From the NCBI GenBank assembly GCA_049999805.1, contig JBNGIO010006348.1, forward strand, positions 29,821 to 93,820: 64,000 nucleotides of DNA, in the 5' to 3' direction. The notes below the pieces were generated by a model. That model saw only the letters and a program-made list of their open reading frames with translations, searched no databases and was not told the DNA's origin. The position numbers were made by a program, and so were the translations under genes. The first letter of the stretch is position 1; each line of letters opens with the position of its first letter. The DNA comes from Folioceros fuciformis. Its lineage: Eukaryota. Of the stretch, positions 23,681 through 36,361 are shown one piece after another.

Positions 23681-26092
23681 ATGCTTCACTTAACACACCT
23701 AGGAGGTATCAGGAGAGATTGCTGCCCCGCTGCGAGCACCGGAGTGTATTGCAGCTGGAGATGGGTTGCGTTGTTTTTCAGTATGCGAGGTATCCGCACG
23801 TTTTCCTCTTTTGGAAGTCCTCTGCAAGACAGTCGAGTTAGGAAGCACCGGCCCTGTTTTGATTCTTACACCTGGGCCGACAGGATTGCAAGCTATTCCA
23901 AGCAAGGGCAGCATGAGGAAGCTATAAGAGTTTATCATCACTTAATGTGTGAGTTGAGAGCCACACCCACAGATAACATTTTTGTTGCAGTTCTGAAAGC
24001 ATGCACCAATTCAGGAGCACTGGTGCAGGGCAAAAGGATCCATTCCCACATCAAGGGATGTGGGCTGGAATCAAACGTCTTTGTGGGCAGTACCCTTATC
24101 GACTTTTACAACAGATGTGGGATGGTTATGGATGCACGTGAGGTTTTTGATGGGCTGCAAGTTAAAGATGTTGTGTCCTGGAATGTCACAATTGCTGGAT
24201 ATGCGCTGCATGGGCTTGGCCAGGAGGCACTTAAGCTCTTTCACTGGATGCAACAAGAAGGCACACATCCTAATCGAGCCACGTTTCTGAGCGCTCTGAA
24301 AGCATGCTCTGGCACTGCAGCCTTGGAACAGGGCTCACTTGTCCATGCTCATATCAGGGCAAGTCACTGGGAATCTGATCTCCATGTGGGGAATACGCTC
24401 ATTGACATGTATGCCAAGTGTGGAAGCATGAAGGATGCACGTCAAGTGTTTGACGAATTACCTTTTAAAGACACGGTGTCATGGAGTACACTACTGGTGG
24501 GGTATGCTCATCAAGGCGAAGATCAGCAAGCCCTTGAGCTGCTTCAAACAGTGCAACAGGAGGAGGGCGTGTATCCCGACAAGGTGATGCTTCTCAGCAT
24601 TCTGAAAGCATGTACCAACACGAAAGCGTTGGCACAGGGCAAACTAGTTCATGCCCTTGTTCTCAAGTGTGGTCTTGACTCAGATGCCTTCGTTGGGAGC
24701 TGCCTGATTCATATGTATGCCAAGTGTGGACACCTCGATGATGCCCGTGAAGTGTTTGATAGGTTGCCGACAAAAGATCTGGTCTGCTGGACAGCAATGG
24801 TCACCGGGTATGCCCAGCACGGGTGTGAACAGAAGGCCATTGCACTCTTCCAGGAAATGCAACAGGCGGGCATGCATCCCAATACAGTAACTCTTGTTAG
24901 TATCCTGAAAGCCTGCTGTAGCACAGGAGCTCTCGAGCAGGGCAGGCTCATTCATGCTCATATTTTGGGAGGCGGCTTGGAACCAGACACCTTTGTCGGG
25001 AACACGCTTATCTATTTCTATGCAACGTGCGGGATACTTGATGAGGCCTGCACATTGTTTGAACGGTTACCGGTGAGGGATTTGGTGTCTTGGAACGGAG
25101 TGATAGCTGGATGTGTCAGTCACGGTCACGGACAGAGGGCACTTCAGCTCTTTCAACAAATGCAGTGTACTGACGTACCTCCGGATAAAATCACTGTCAT
25201 CACCATCCTGAAAGCTTGCTCAAGTGTAGCAGCTTTGGATCAGGGCAAGTCAGTACATACCCTGGTGACGAAACTCGGGCTTGACTCTGACATCTGTGTT
25301 GCCAGCACGCTCATTGACATGTATGCAAAGTGTGGCAGCCTGAAGGATGCATGCACGGTGTTCCACAGATTACCAACAAAAAATCTCGTCACGTGGAATG
25401 CAATGATTTCTGGTTATGCCCAACATGGAGATGGAGAGCAGGCACTGAGGCTCTTTTCCAAAATGCAGGCGGAGGGCATTAGGCCAGACAGCCTCACTTT
25501 CCTGGCAGTGCTATTCGGGTGCAGTCACGCGGGTTTGGTGGAAGAAGGCAATCGCCTGTTCAAAACTATGTTGAAGGATTCTGACATCAACCCTGAGACT
25601 GGACATTACGCATGTGTGATCAACATTCTAGGTAGGGCAGGCTATTTGGAAGAGGCGGATCTCTTGATCAAGAACTTGCCATTTCCACCTGACATTGCCC
25701 TGTGGATGTCCTTCCTTGGGGCATGCCGAACACATAAAAAAGTGGAGCTGGGAGAAACAGCTTTCCAGTGCCTTGTGCGTTTGGATCCAACAAATGCGTC
25801 TGGCTACATTCTGATGTCAAGAATATATGCTGAAGCAGGCCGGTTCGAAGACAGTGTAGAACTGCGAAAGCAAATGGTGAGGGAAGGTGTTAAAAAGGAG
25901 CCTGGCTGCACCTGGATAGAATTGAGCAATGAAGTGCATACGTTCGTAGTAGAAGACAAGCAAAACGTGGAACGGCAACAAATATATGCCGTCCTTGACA
26001 GTCTCTGGCGGGCAGTTGAAAGGGATGGAATGAACACAAGCACAGCAGATTTGCTGGACGACCGGGTTCCACAAAGTGGAAACCTAAGTTAG
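23681..26092 (+). CDS. PLS-class PPR protein, E/E+ type (PG box present, DYW deaminase truncated); C-to-U editing specificity factor
   Basis: Repeated P-L-S motifs (LIDMYAKCG, VSWN), E1/E2, KKEPGCTWIE...VHTFVVED, ending before HxE. ATG at 23681 or 23783 (MRGIRTFSSF resembles a mitochondrial presequence). Confidence 0.93.
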   Translation: MLHLTHLGGIRRDCCPAASTGVYCSWRWVALFFSMRGIRTFSSFGSPLQDSRVRKHRPCFDSYTWADRIASYSKQGQHEEAIRVYHHLMCELRATPTDNIFVAVLKACTNSGALVQGKRIHSHIKGCGLESNVFVGSTLIDFYNRCGMVMDAREVFDGLQVKDVVSWNVTIAGYALHGLGQEALKLFHWMQQEGTHPNRATFLSALKACSGTAALEQGSLVHAHIRASHWESDLHVGNTLIDMYAKCGSMKDARQVFDELPFKDTVSWSTLLVGYAHQGEDQQALELLQTVQQEEGVYPDKVMLLSILKACTNTKALAQGKLVHALVLKCGLDSDAFVGSCLIHMYAKCGHLDDAREVFDRLPTKDLVCWTAMVTGYAQHGCEQKAIALFQEMQQAGMHPNTVTLVSILKACCSTGALEQGRLIHAHILGGGLEPDTFVGNTLIYFYATCGILDEACTLFERLPVRDLVSWNGVIAGCVSHGHGQRALQLFQQMQCTDVPPDKITVITILKACSSVAALDQGKSVHTLVTKLGLDSDICVASTLIDMYAKCGSLKDACTVFHRLPTKNLVTWNAMISGYAQHGDGEQALRLFSKMQAEGIRPDSLTFLAVLFGCSHAGLVEEGNRLFKTMLKDSDINPETGHYACVINILGRAGYLEEADLLIKNLPFPPDIALWMSFLGACRTHKKVELGETAFQCLVRLDPTNASGYILMSRIYAEAGRFEDSVELRKQMVREGVKKEPGCTWIELSNEVHTFVVEDKQNVERQQIYAVLDSLWRAVERDGMNTSTADLLDDRVPQSGNLS

Positions 26093-26583
26093 ACTAATCA
26101 AAATCGTCTTGTCAAGCTGTTCCATCACATACAGAACCTCTGTCCCAGAGGTCTATGTGCGTACTGCTGTTAAACGAGCTCTAAATGTTTCCTGGTCACG
26201 TTGAATTGAACTGAACCAGGTTCTCGCATCCATGAACTCAACAAGAATGAAGTCAGAAGCTCACTGAAGTACATAGAATTGCTCCAAAAGCCTCGTGACA
26301 GGGAGGAAATCTCCCTCAGTCATCCATCAATCTCGACGAAGGCTTCGTATCCCAATACTTGCTTTCGCTCGAAGAGAAGTGTGAACATAGTAGGCCTTGT
26401 CCAGACTCGATTCGGTCCGAACTACTTTGCCAGCCTACGTTCTCCCTGTCACACATCGCATCACGGTGGCGGGCTTTGTCTTTTCAATTCTCCTGTCCCC
26501 ATGGCCATACGCACCCACCAAAGGCAACTCCTTCGCCCGACCGACTCAACACGGTCTCAGTCAGCCACACCAACACCCCAGTC

Positions 26584-27512
26584 CTAGGCCTTGCATAGGC
26601 TTGACACCTGGTTCCATTGCCCATCGACACCTTTCTCCCACAAGCTCACGTCATTACTCACGTCACACACAGCCAAGGTATTCCCCATCGAAGACCAGCT
26701 ACGTCTCCAAGTGGGAGTCTCAAAATCATGCAGCACCTTCCCCTCCCACTGCTCCCCGTCCGCGGCCTGCGTCCAGATGACCACAGTGCCGTCCTCCGAA
26801 GCACTGGCGATGGTGGACTTGAACACCCCTAGACCAGGAGCCTAAGCAACATCTCGCACCCACTTCGTATGCTTAACCGGCGGCGGGCCAGACTCCAGCG
26901 TCCACCCCGCGGCAGAACACTTCCAAATCTTCACACCGTTGTCACAGCCTCCCGTAAAAGCCTCTTCGCCGGCTCAGGGCCATACCCTCCCAAAAGCGAG
27001 CCCCGTGACGCCGGAGCCCAGGACACGCACGTCACTCCAAAGCTGTGAGCCTTCTCGATCTTGGCCGTCTCCCACACCCCGTTCGCCGTCTGCGTGAGCA
27101 CGGACACAGTGCCATCCGAAGATCCGCACGCCAGACACAAGCCAAACTCGTGCGGCCCCCAGCTGACGGTGTCCACCGACGACGAATGCTCCTGAAACAC
27201 CTGCCACTGAGACCACTCGTTCTCAGCTCCCTCCTTCCACAGGATCACCTTGTGATCGTAGGAGCAGGAGGCGAGGATGTTTCCAAACTTCGGGTGCGCC
27301 CAGGCCACCCCCCAGACGGGGCCTTGGTGGCCCACGAGAACTGTACGCAAAACCGGAGGCGCACTGCCGGCTCCCAGACCATAGATCCTGATGGTGCAGT
27401 CCGAGGAGCCCGTCGCCATCCGCTGCCGGAAGTAGTCCAGAGCCACATCGTGCACCACATCATTCGCCAATTCCAGGCTCAACACCCCCGTCTGCTGCGG
27501 CCCGGCCGTCAT
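26584..27512 (-). pseudogene. SEC13: SEC13 (WD40, COPII/nuclear pore) pseudogene
   Basis: HDVALDY, GHQGPVWGVAWAHPKFGNILASCSYD, WGPHEFGLCLACGSSDG. A 1-nt frameshift at 26956-26959 lies before TGGCDNGVKIWK, and TAG replaces the conserved Trp in WVRDVA*AP at 26842-26844. Confidence 0.85.
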
Positions 27513-28017
27513 CCTGCCACCCGCGCCTTCCCCTTTGAAGCATTCAGTAGGTCCCTGGCTTCTTCTTCATCAGATGCATTCTCCCTTTGTAGGAACCAAG
27601 GAGATCCCAGTCTGATTAGATCACACGTTCCGGCAGAATACTGTAGTCTCCTGCGAGACCAGCTCCCCATCATGCCTTCCTCTTCCCATGTTTCGGGAGT
27701 TTGGAAGCTGCTCAATCAAATCAAAGCTAAGCTCTAAAGTACCTTCTCAAGGAGTTCAAGAGACTAACAAGAATAGGAAGATCAGTGCCGAAACTTGGAT
27801 TCACATCTAGAATTTACCTTAGTCAACGACAGTGGTACCGGCCCCTTCCTTTTGTGGGGCGAGGACCTTGGATCTCATTTTGCCACTTGGCACGATACAA
27901 CATTAGGCTTTAAGCAGCCCGCCGGCCAGAGGCGCGAGCATGACGTGTTGGCCAGGAATGGCGACATTGCAAAAGTTTTTTTCTGAAGGACAATGAAGAC
28001 CGTCTGATATCGTAGAA

Positions 28018-31000
28018 TTATTTCCATGCCTTCTTGCCTCGGAATTGTTTCGCAGCTGATCTTCCTTTCACTTTCTTTCGCTCTTTCGATCGTGCGATCT
28101 TGGCTCGTTTTGCAGCCAAGGGCAGCCCTTTCCGCTTCTCCTTCTCCCTGTTGCTCAACCCTCCACTCTACAAGCACAACTCGTGATGTCATTAGGGGCT
28201 ACTCGCTGCCTGCACCACAAAGCAGCAACGGCTGCACGAAAAGTGACGTACCTTCTTCTTCTTGATGGCAGTGCGAGCACCATACGTTGGACGATCCTCG
28301 CGGCCAGCCTTGGCTGCAGCTATCCGCTCTTCCCTCTCTCTTCGTTTGTGGACCATAGGCTGCACGTGCAAATAAGGCATTTGAGAGACGAGGTCCAAAG
28401 CGGGCCAATTTGTTTGGTTCGGCAATTCAGCAACGCTGCTTGAGAAGAGTACCTCAAGATCGGCAGGATCTACTCTTCTGTCGCTGATGCTGTTAGACTC
28501 TGGAACTTTGATTGGCGTGTTTTTCCCCTTGCTTCCTTTAACCACACCATGTACTGCTAGCGCTCTACGTGTCTCCCGCTTAGCCTAATTTACACACCAG
28601 CAAGGTTATGCGCGTTCGGTTACAAAAAACTCTTAAGGGCTGGGCAACAAAGGATAGTTTCCTGGCCACCAAAAAAGTGATTGCTGTCTCCTCACCTGTA
28701 GCTTGCGAATCCGTTCAAAGTCCTGATTTGATAAGAAGCCATCGCCATCTTGGCTCACAGCCTCAGAAGCTGCTGAAGCTCCACCAGCAGCAAGTCTTTT
28801 CAGATTCCGCAGACTCTGCTCTTCGATAGGACCGTCTGTTACAAACTTCCGTTTCCTGTTGTTCGATTCTACAACATCAGCATTCCCGTCTCCCACAGAG
28901 CTTGCTTCTTTTCCATCTTCAACCTGCACCTCTTCATCCTTGTCTTCATCCACATCAGTATCCTGATCGTCATCATTCTCGTCACTCTCTTCATCAGGTT
29001 CATCATCATCCTCATTCTCATCCTCATCCTGGAGATCATCGTCTCCTCCAGGATCTGTTTCTTCCAGCTCACTAGTCTCGTGGTTAATTTCTCCGTCGTT
29101 GTTTCCTATCTGCAAACCAGAATCTTCTCCATCTGACGATTCACATTCCTCATTGCGATTGCTGTTGTCAAGATCTGAGTTTTCATCAGAGTCAACATCT
29201 TCCTGGAGAAGTTCAGCCCCTGGCACACCTGAAGCAACCTCCGCTGCACCAAATGCACGTGGCTGCGCTTCAAGATTTGCCCCCCGGCCTCTATCTTTTT
29301 TCTCCAGTAAAGATGGCCAAAGCTGATAAGCAGGTATCAGGTTAGACACCAGCTAAACTGTACACAGCAGGAAGGACCCTTTCTAGGAGCACGGCTCACC
29401 TGACGATAGACAGCAATCAAGCCTCTTGCTGCAGATGAAATAGCCTTCTCCCGAGACTTCTTGTAAGCAGCGAGATCCCGAAGCAATTCTTCTGTCATGA
29501 TCTGATCGACACACAAGCCATGAAGCCTCTCTTGAAATGGAAAGATCGAAGACACAAAAGATTGATGACCAGTGCAGGCAACTTTCTTAGCAAGAGTTCA
29601 GAGTAAGTATGAGAGCAAACCAGAGGCATCCGGATGCACATCTCCCTGACCACATTTATTCCCACAGCTATCACCTGTATATATGAAGCCGCAAACAAGA
29701 GACTTCATCAAGAAACGATTTTGGAAGCCATCACTCTGAGACCCTTTATCATGTGAACATTGATTTGAGGCCAAAGATTTGAAGCCCCACAAGACAAACC
29801 ACCATACTCCGATGAAAGTGATGAAAATAACTGGGAGAAAACAAGTACCTCTGGCCGAGCTCGGTCATGTACAAAGTGGTTCACGAGCTGCCTCACTAGT
29901 GTCTCTACAGCATCAGGGGGTACCTGCAAAAACTCCACTTTTATATTCCTGCAAAACTGAAAAATAGCTGCAGGTGAATTAACCAAAATCTCAACAGTTT
30001 ATGACAGCTGTACCATGTCATGACAGGCTTGGACAGCTGCAGCGAGAAGATGGGTTACATCCCGCTGGTGTGGCTGCATTTGCAGCACAGAGAAGATGTG
30101 AGAAGCAGGTTCTGGTGGCTGGAACTATGAGGCAGTAGCAAAGGTTTGAGCAAACCCTAACCTGTATATATTTTTGAAGAAAGGGATAGAAATTGAGAAG
30201 GATCAATCTGTGAATGCCAATGGCCCTGGATATCACCGACATCATCATCAATTTCACCTGCAAGTCATACACCAATTTTTCAGGATGACGCACAAAGGAC
30301 GCATCACCTATAACATCAGAAAGAAGGAACTCATACCTCAAAGCGCTCATTACAAGAACGAAGCCTCTCAAACAGCTTTTCAGCAAATTTCTGATTGAGA
30401 GAAACGCATGCAACAGAGCATCAGAGGCGTTAGGATCAGTCACTCTCATTAATCAAGAATAAGGTGGAAGTGCAAATGGAAGTCCTCTTATCAACAGACT
30501 GGACAATGGCAAAACAATGCCTGTAACACGAGACTCACTTGTGGATCATAAACATGCTTCAAAGGAATATAGCCAACATATTCGGCTTTCGCACTTTCAA
30601 TGCGCTGCTGTTTCTTCATACTTCTGATTGCTCGCTGCAGTTTGGCCTGTTTTTTCTTTTGACTAGATGTCGTTCCCTTGTGATGAGCCTGCATTGTCAG
30701 AGGATGGCAACTCATTAGACTGATGAAACAGCTTGCCTGACACCTTGAAAGGAGGTCATTTGTTTACATAAGCTATTTCACCTTGTAGTACGCCTCGCGG
30801 TCAACAGACACTGCACCAGACGGCTTTTCAACATCGGCCTCATCATCATCGGAGTCATCAACCTCTTTAATTTCTCGATCATATCCAAGCAGGAACCGCA
30901 GAGCAGCAATCATTATTCTGTCACCAATGGAAAGTCAGTGAACTCTGCAGGTAAGAGATGCATCTAAGAGCAACAAGAAATCGGCTTCATTGTCAGAGTC

Positions 31001-31905
31001 TCCAGCATTCTCCTGCTGAAAACAGTGCCAGTACCTAGAGGACTTGTGAAAGCAGGCTGAACAGATGGCATTTGATGTGCTCTCGTCCACCCAAACTTTC
31101 CGCCTGTGGAGTTCAGCTAGCACAACTAAAGCCCTTTTGGCCTTCACCTCATCGTCATTCTGAATTTTCAGGCACATTCGAGAAGAGCCATAAGGAATGC
31201 TGAATACATTATATGCCAACTTAAAAACTAAGTACCATCTCTCTTCACGCTAGTAATTAAGAACTCACCTGCACAAGCTTGAACAGAACGTTCTGCAGAG
31301 CCTTGTTTTGGGGGTTATTCTTACGCTTCAGATTCATTCGCTGAATGTCTCGGACAACGTGAAGGGCACAGAGATTTCTCAAAATCCTATCGCCAAGATT
31401 TTGCTGCTCCATCAGAACCGGCAATATTTCCACCAATTCGATCATCTAGACAGAGCCCCAGAACTCCTATCAAACACAGCTCAACCTGGGTCTCCCCAAC
31501 TCACTATCAAGAGACGGCAACCAAAACGCTAAATCCGCCCTTTACACGTCAAAAAAGAAAACCCACCTTCCGATTCCTTAGAAGAATGATGGACTGTGTC
31601 AGGTGACGGCGGAGCGACGGCTGCATCGGAGTCTGCGACCTTAGCAGTTGCACTATCTGTAGTGGGAGCTGCTTCAGATGCTGGGGGAACAGAGGGGCCA
31701 TGTGCGAGAGAAACATGGTCATATCCGCCAGCTCCTTCGCAGCCGCCGGATCTTGGGAAGACGAACCTCCAGCCTGAAGCGGATTAAGCAAAAAGATGGA
31801 CATGCATGCCTGGAAGTGACGCAATTGTAACAAAAGTTCATCCTCGTATCCTGATGGATCCTTCTTAATCTTGGTCTGTAGCATCAAAAGGTCCCCTTTC
31901 TCCAT
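28018..31905 (-). CDS. SDA1: SDA1 homologue (60S biogenesis/export), multi-exon
   Basis: [69 protein letters not shown], an acidic tract, [10 protein letters not shown], and a last exon [13 protein letters not shown]...QFRGKKAWK*. Confidence 0.92.
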
Positions 31906-32399
31906 CCCTCCTGCTGCTCCCCTGTTCCCCTCCAACGGCAGACCAGATTCAAGACACGAATTTCCTTTGGTCCCTACGAAGAACAGAGCTGATCCTGTCT
32001 GTCAAACTCGTGTGCAACGTGCTATCTGAGTTGAGGGTTTCTAAGGTTTCTGAGATGAAGTGGACCCGCAGCCATGAACGCTCTCGCCATATATCCAGCT
32101 TGTTTCCAATGCTCATATAGACCTATGAAAGGTTGATCCGAAGTGGGAAGCCTCGAGATCGCGAGACTAGAAGATGAGCCCTACCAAAGCCGGAGACATG
32201 GTTACTAAAGTTATGGAAACGAAATTGGAATTCCAGTTTTCCCCAATACAAAGGGGAACAACCCGTAACGGCAACTTCTGATAACAGAGGGTTTAGGGTA
32301 TAAATAGTTTACAGATCAGAGCAAGGTCGTCTGCCTCTGCCTGTCTTCCTGGAACCAAAACGAGCTAGAACAATACAAGGGCCCTATGACTCAAAGGTC

Positions 32400-32407
32400 T
32401 AGGGTTT
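32400..32407 (-). promoter_or_regulatory. Telo-box (AAACCCTA) in the SDA1/PUM24 intergenic region
   Basis: TAGGGTTT at 32400-32407, with related GGGTTTAGGGT at about 32289 and GAGGGTTT at about 32033. Telo-boxes are known in plant ribosome-biogenesis promoters. Confidence 0.55.
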
Positions 32408-32627
32408 AACGAGTTTGTTGATCGGTGCAAGAAGGGCATGGCTGCCTTTCCCGGAACCAAGCGCCAGGCAAGCGCCTCAGTGAGGCCTGCTGTGTACGTT
32501 GAGCTCTGTGCGACTCTGCATCGTTTTTCATTCATGCTGATTCTCTCCAGTGTGGGATGAGTGATTTTTTGCCGAATTTGTGTGGCTAAAGGAGGAGACT
32601 GGTAACAAACTGAACTCCTTTTGGCAG

Positions 32628-34770
32628 GAAGAGGCGGAGGACAGTTGACAATGTGAAGGGGGCTACTAGGGTTGCCGTGAAGGATGGCAAGCCGGGCCGA
32701 GGCTCACGCAAAGGAAGCCTGGCTCAGTCAAAGAAGCCTGTTCGAATACAGGGCAAGGCAGACGGTGGTAATCCGGGGGCTAAGAGAAAGTTTATCAAGG
32801 GCTCTGATGCAGGTACGGGGAAGGAGAAGGGGGCGGGGTGTTCCAAGGCCAAACAGTTTGATAAGAAGGAGTTGTCAAATGTACGGGGATCGGCTCCGAA
32901 GTGGAGTAAGGCTTCCGCTGCGGACGGAAGCAAGTCTGACTCGGCTGGCAAGTCCCTACAGGATCGGAAAGCTAGGAAGGAGCTGACGGAAGCTCGGAAG
33001 AAACGGCGAAGGGTTCACTATGATTTGAAGAAGGAGGTGGTGGCGATATGGGAGAAAATGAGGGCGAGACATACCTCGAAGGAGGAACGTCGGCAATTTG
33101 CGTCGGAAGCCTTGGGGATGATGAAAGGAAAGATGGTGGCGCTGGCATTGGGCCACATCACTTCCCGAGTGTTGCAGTGTTGCGTGAAGTACTGTTCCAA
33201 CGAGGAGCGCACTGCGGTTTACGAGGAGCTGCGACCGCATTGCCTGACCTTGGCCCGGAACACGTATGCGTATCACCTGGTTACCAAAATGTTCGACCAT
33301 GCAACGAAGGATCAGACTGAGCAGATGATTGCGCAGTTGCACGGGCAGGTTGTGGCGTTACTCCGTCATCCTAGTGGCTCAGCTGTGGTTGAACATGCTT
33401 TTAATCTGGGGAACAAAACTCAGAAGCAAGAGTTGTTATCTGAGTTCTACTCCCCGGAGTACCGGTTATTCAAGGGTATCTTAATTTCAGGCTCAGGTCG
33501 GATAGCAGATGTTCTAAAGGCGGAGCCTTCGAAGAGGAACACTGTTTTGCAGCATATGACCTTGTCACTACAGCCTATTTTGGAGAAGGGTATTGTCGAT
33601 CATTCCATAGTCCATAGGGCTGTGCTTGAGTATTTCAGCATTGCCTCGAGACGGCTAGCAGAGGATGTGGGTCAACAGCTCGCTGGTCCTCTGCTGGTGC
33701 GTATGATTCATACCAAAGATGGGGCCGAGGTTGCAGTGATCTGTGTCATGCGAGGAAACACGAAAGATCGGAAAAAGATCGTGAAGGGTCTGAAGGGACA
33801 CGTGGGTAAAATTGCCCGGGAGGAGTATGGTCATGTGCTATTGCTTGCCATTCTAGAGGTTGTTGATGATACAACACTCGTATCGAAGTTCGTCATCAAG
33901 GAGCTGGTGAAAGAGCTGAAAGATTTGGCCTTGGACAAGTATGGACGTAGAGTACTGTTACAGCTTTTGGCACCGGGGGTACCCCGCTACTTCCCGCCGA
34001 ATGTGCTTGGGCTTCTGCAGGCACCCCGGGAGTCTGATCAAGCGCTTCAGGGATCTGTCTCTGGGACATCAGTTGAAGTGGAGAAGGGGGCGGATGCCGA
34101 AATGAAGGACGTCGACGAAGTGAAGCAGGATGTGCGAAAAAACGATGCAGCGAATGGTAATCAGGATGAAGATGAGTTCGAGGAGGGTGGGCAGGACAGG
34201 GGAGCAGGAATCAGTAAAAAGGATCCAGAAGTGAGGAGAAAAGAACTCTTAGTTGACAGTGGTCTCGCCAAGAGCCTCACTCAAACGTGCATCGAGCACG
34301 CTGGTGAGCTTATGAGATCACCTCTTGGTACAGACGTTCTTTACGAGGTGGCCATGGCCGGGTTGGACGGCATGCTTTGGTCACCCCTTGGCGGACAACT
34401 TAGTGATTTGCATCAAGCCATTGCCAACCTCGCCGCCGTTTCTGAGGATGCACAGGCCACGGGAGAGGAAAGCGAGGAAGAGCATGTATTGGTGCAGTAT
34501 CATGCCAGCAGGACGCTTCGTCGACTAGTCCTGAACGCGAAACCACCACCCGAGGGGACCAAGGCGCCATCCTTTGCCAAGACGTTGTGGTCAATTGCGT
34601 TGCAGGGTCGGGCCAAGAAGTGGGCACAGGGGTACGGTGCTAGGGTGGTTTCTGCCTTCCAAAACTGCGCTGATCCGCCTGCGCAGGACGCTGCGAAGCT
34701 CGAGCTGCAGAAACTAGTTGACGCCGGTAATTTACCCGCTCGAGGCGCAGCTCCAAGTCGAAACAAATGA
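32628..34770 (+). CDS. PUM24: Pumilio 24 / Puf6 / PUM3-like nucleolar RNA-binding protein with CPL domain; the start lies in an unresolved upstream exon
   Basis: Lys-rich N-terminus, WEKMR, HITSRVLQCCVKY, LLRHP, EFYSPE, MIHTKDGA, KDRKKIVK, VVDDT.LV.K, DKYGRRVLLQLL, SKKDPEVRRKEL. Splice acceptor at 32626-32627. Confidence 0.88.
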
Positions 34771-35496
34771 GCGTATATTTCTATCACTCAGAGCAGGGGA
34801 AAATCGTCACTGTGTTGAAGAGTAAACGACACCAGGTACGTCAACCGTCGTGACCCCCATCGAGAGTTACCAATACTCCGTGTTTATTGGCTGTACAAAA
34901 GGGTTTTGTGCTCCCTCCAGCCTCGGGGTAGATGCTAAGATGGTGATGAAAAAATTGTAATTTGATTTTCGTCTCTTCCTTCGGTTCAGACGTTGCTGGG
35001 TGGCAGAGGTGCGTGATGAGATGGAGCGTTGTGCATTGCATGCGGGCTCTCACTGCTTCACGTCCGTTTGTAAGTTGTGCCAGCAAATTCAAAATATTTC
35101 CAACCATTATCCAGAGAATAGAACTACCTACCCTTCCTAGAATCGTACTACTCACAGCAGTAAGTCAATTTGAGCGGGCTACTGGAAATACCAGGTCATA
35201 GGATGAAGTCCGTACTGTAGTGTAGGTGCAGTCCACGCGTGCGCTGGTTTTACTTGAAACACTTGAAAATGCTAGCGAAATCCCAGGTGGAGAAAAAGGA
35301 GGCGATGGGAAAAGGGACGCAGCAGGAAGACCGAAGGAGGTCAGAACTCGCGCAGCACAGATCTAGGAGGCGCGCCCAGCAGATTGGGGGCTGGGCCCTG
35401 GCGCCCGATGCCCGATGAGCGATGCTTTGACTGTCATCTGCATTTGAGACTTGAGCTGCGGCGGCACCCACGCAGGAGTCGGAGACGGGTGGAAGG

Positions 35497-36361
35497 ATGG
35501 GCCAGCAGCAGGGCCCCGGCTGCAGCATCACACCTGCTCGCCTCAAGTTCCTGATGTGTCTGTTGGCTGCTGGCTTAGGCTTTTACGTTCTGGGGCCGCC
35601 GCTGTATTGGTATTTCGAGGAGCAGCTGGAATCTGCATCATCCGGCTCCACCCACTGCCCTGCCTGCCCTGCATGCGAATGCGCCTCTGTGGCCGACTCC
35701 CACTCCGCCATCTCCGACCCCGGTACTGCCTGACCCTTTCGCGATCGGCCGCACTCCCTGCCGGTGCCTTCCTCTGACGCTGCTCCTTCCCTGTGTGGTG
35801 CAGGGTGGCCGGGCAACGTCTCCCTCGCAGGTACAGCTCGTGTTGCTTTGTGCCTTCTTCATGTGCTTGTGTTGAGCCAGTCTGGCCCCGGGCTGATGCG
35901 GCTTAGGTCGGTTTGGGGTGACAGATTGCGGCGGTGATTTGCTGGAGGTGCAGAGCGAGCTGTGGTCCAGCAACGTGCAGCTCCTAAGGGAGGAGCTGGC
36001 ACTGCTGGAGAAAGTGGCGGCGGACAACCAGGAGCGCTCCGACTCCGCCTTGCTTGACGCGAAGAAACTCGCGTCGCAGTACCAGAAGGAGGCGGAGAAA
36101 TGCAATGTAGGGATGGAGACCAGCGAGGAGGCCAGAGAGCGAGCGGAAGCTGCCTTGTTGCTGTCCCAGAAGCTCGCTGCACTTTGGGAGCAGCGGGCTC
36201 GAAACTTGGGATGGAACGAAGGGCAGCGTTCCTTCCGTGCACAAGCTGTACCCGATCTTCAGGATTCCAACGTGGTTGCTGCATCCTCTTCCTTCCAAGG
36301 CGGTAGTAGTAGCCGATTCCAGTCTGGCCGATTTCGGAGATACTTCGGGGGAAAGGTTTAG
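35497..36361 (+). CDS. DUF1068 family protein, 2 exons
   Basis: YVLGPPLYW, CPACPACEC, DCG, LLREEL, AKKLASQYQKEAEKCNVGMETSEEARERAE, LWEQRARNLGW. Intron at about 35723-35923. Confidence 0.9.

Noticed and set aside
26842-26844. SEC13 TAG repaired by U-to-C editing
   Set aside because: This is a nuclear gene, UAG>CAG would give Gln rather than the conserved Trp, and an upstream frameshift remains.
27045-27737. 230-aa plus-strand ORF, and similar long antisense ORFs (20624-21274, 16901-17548, 54247-54882)
   Set aside because: These are antisense shadows of GC-rich coding exons.
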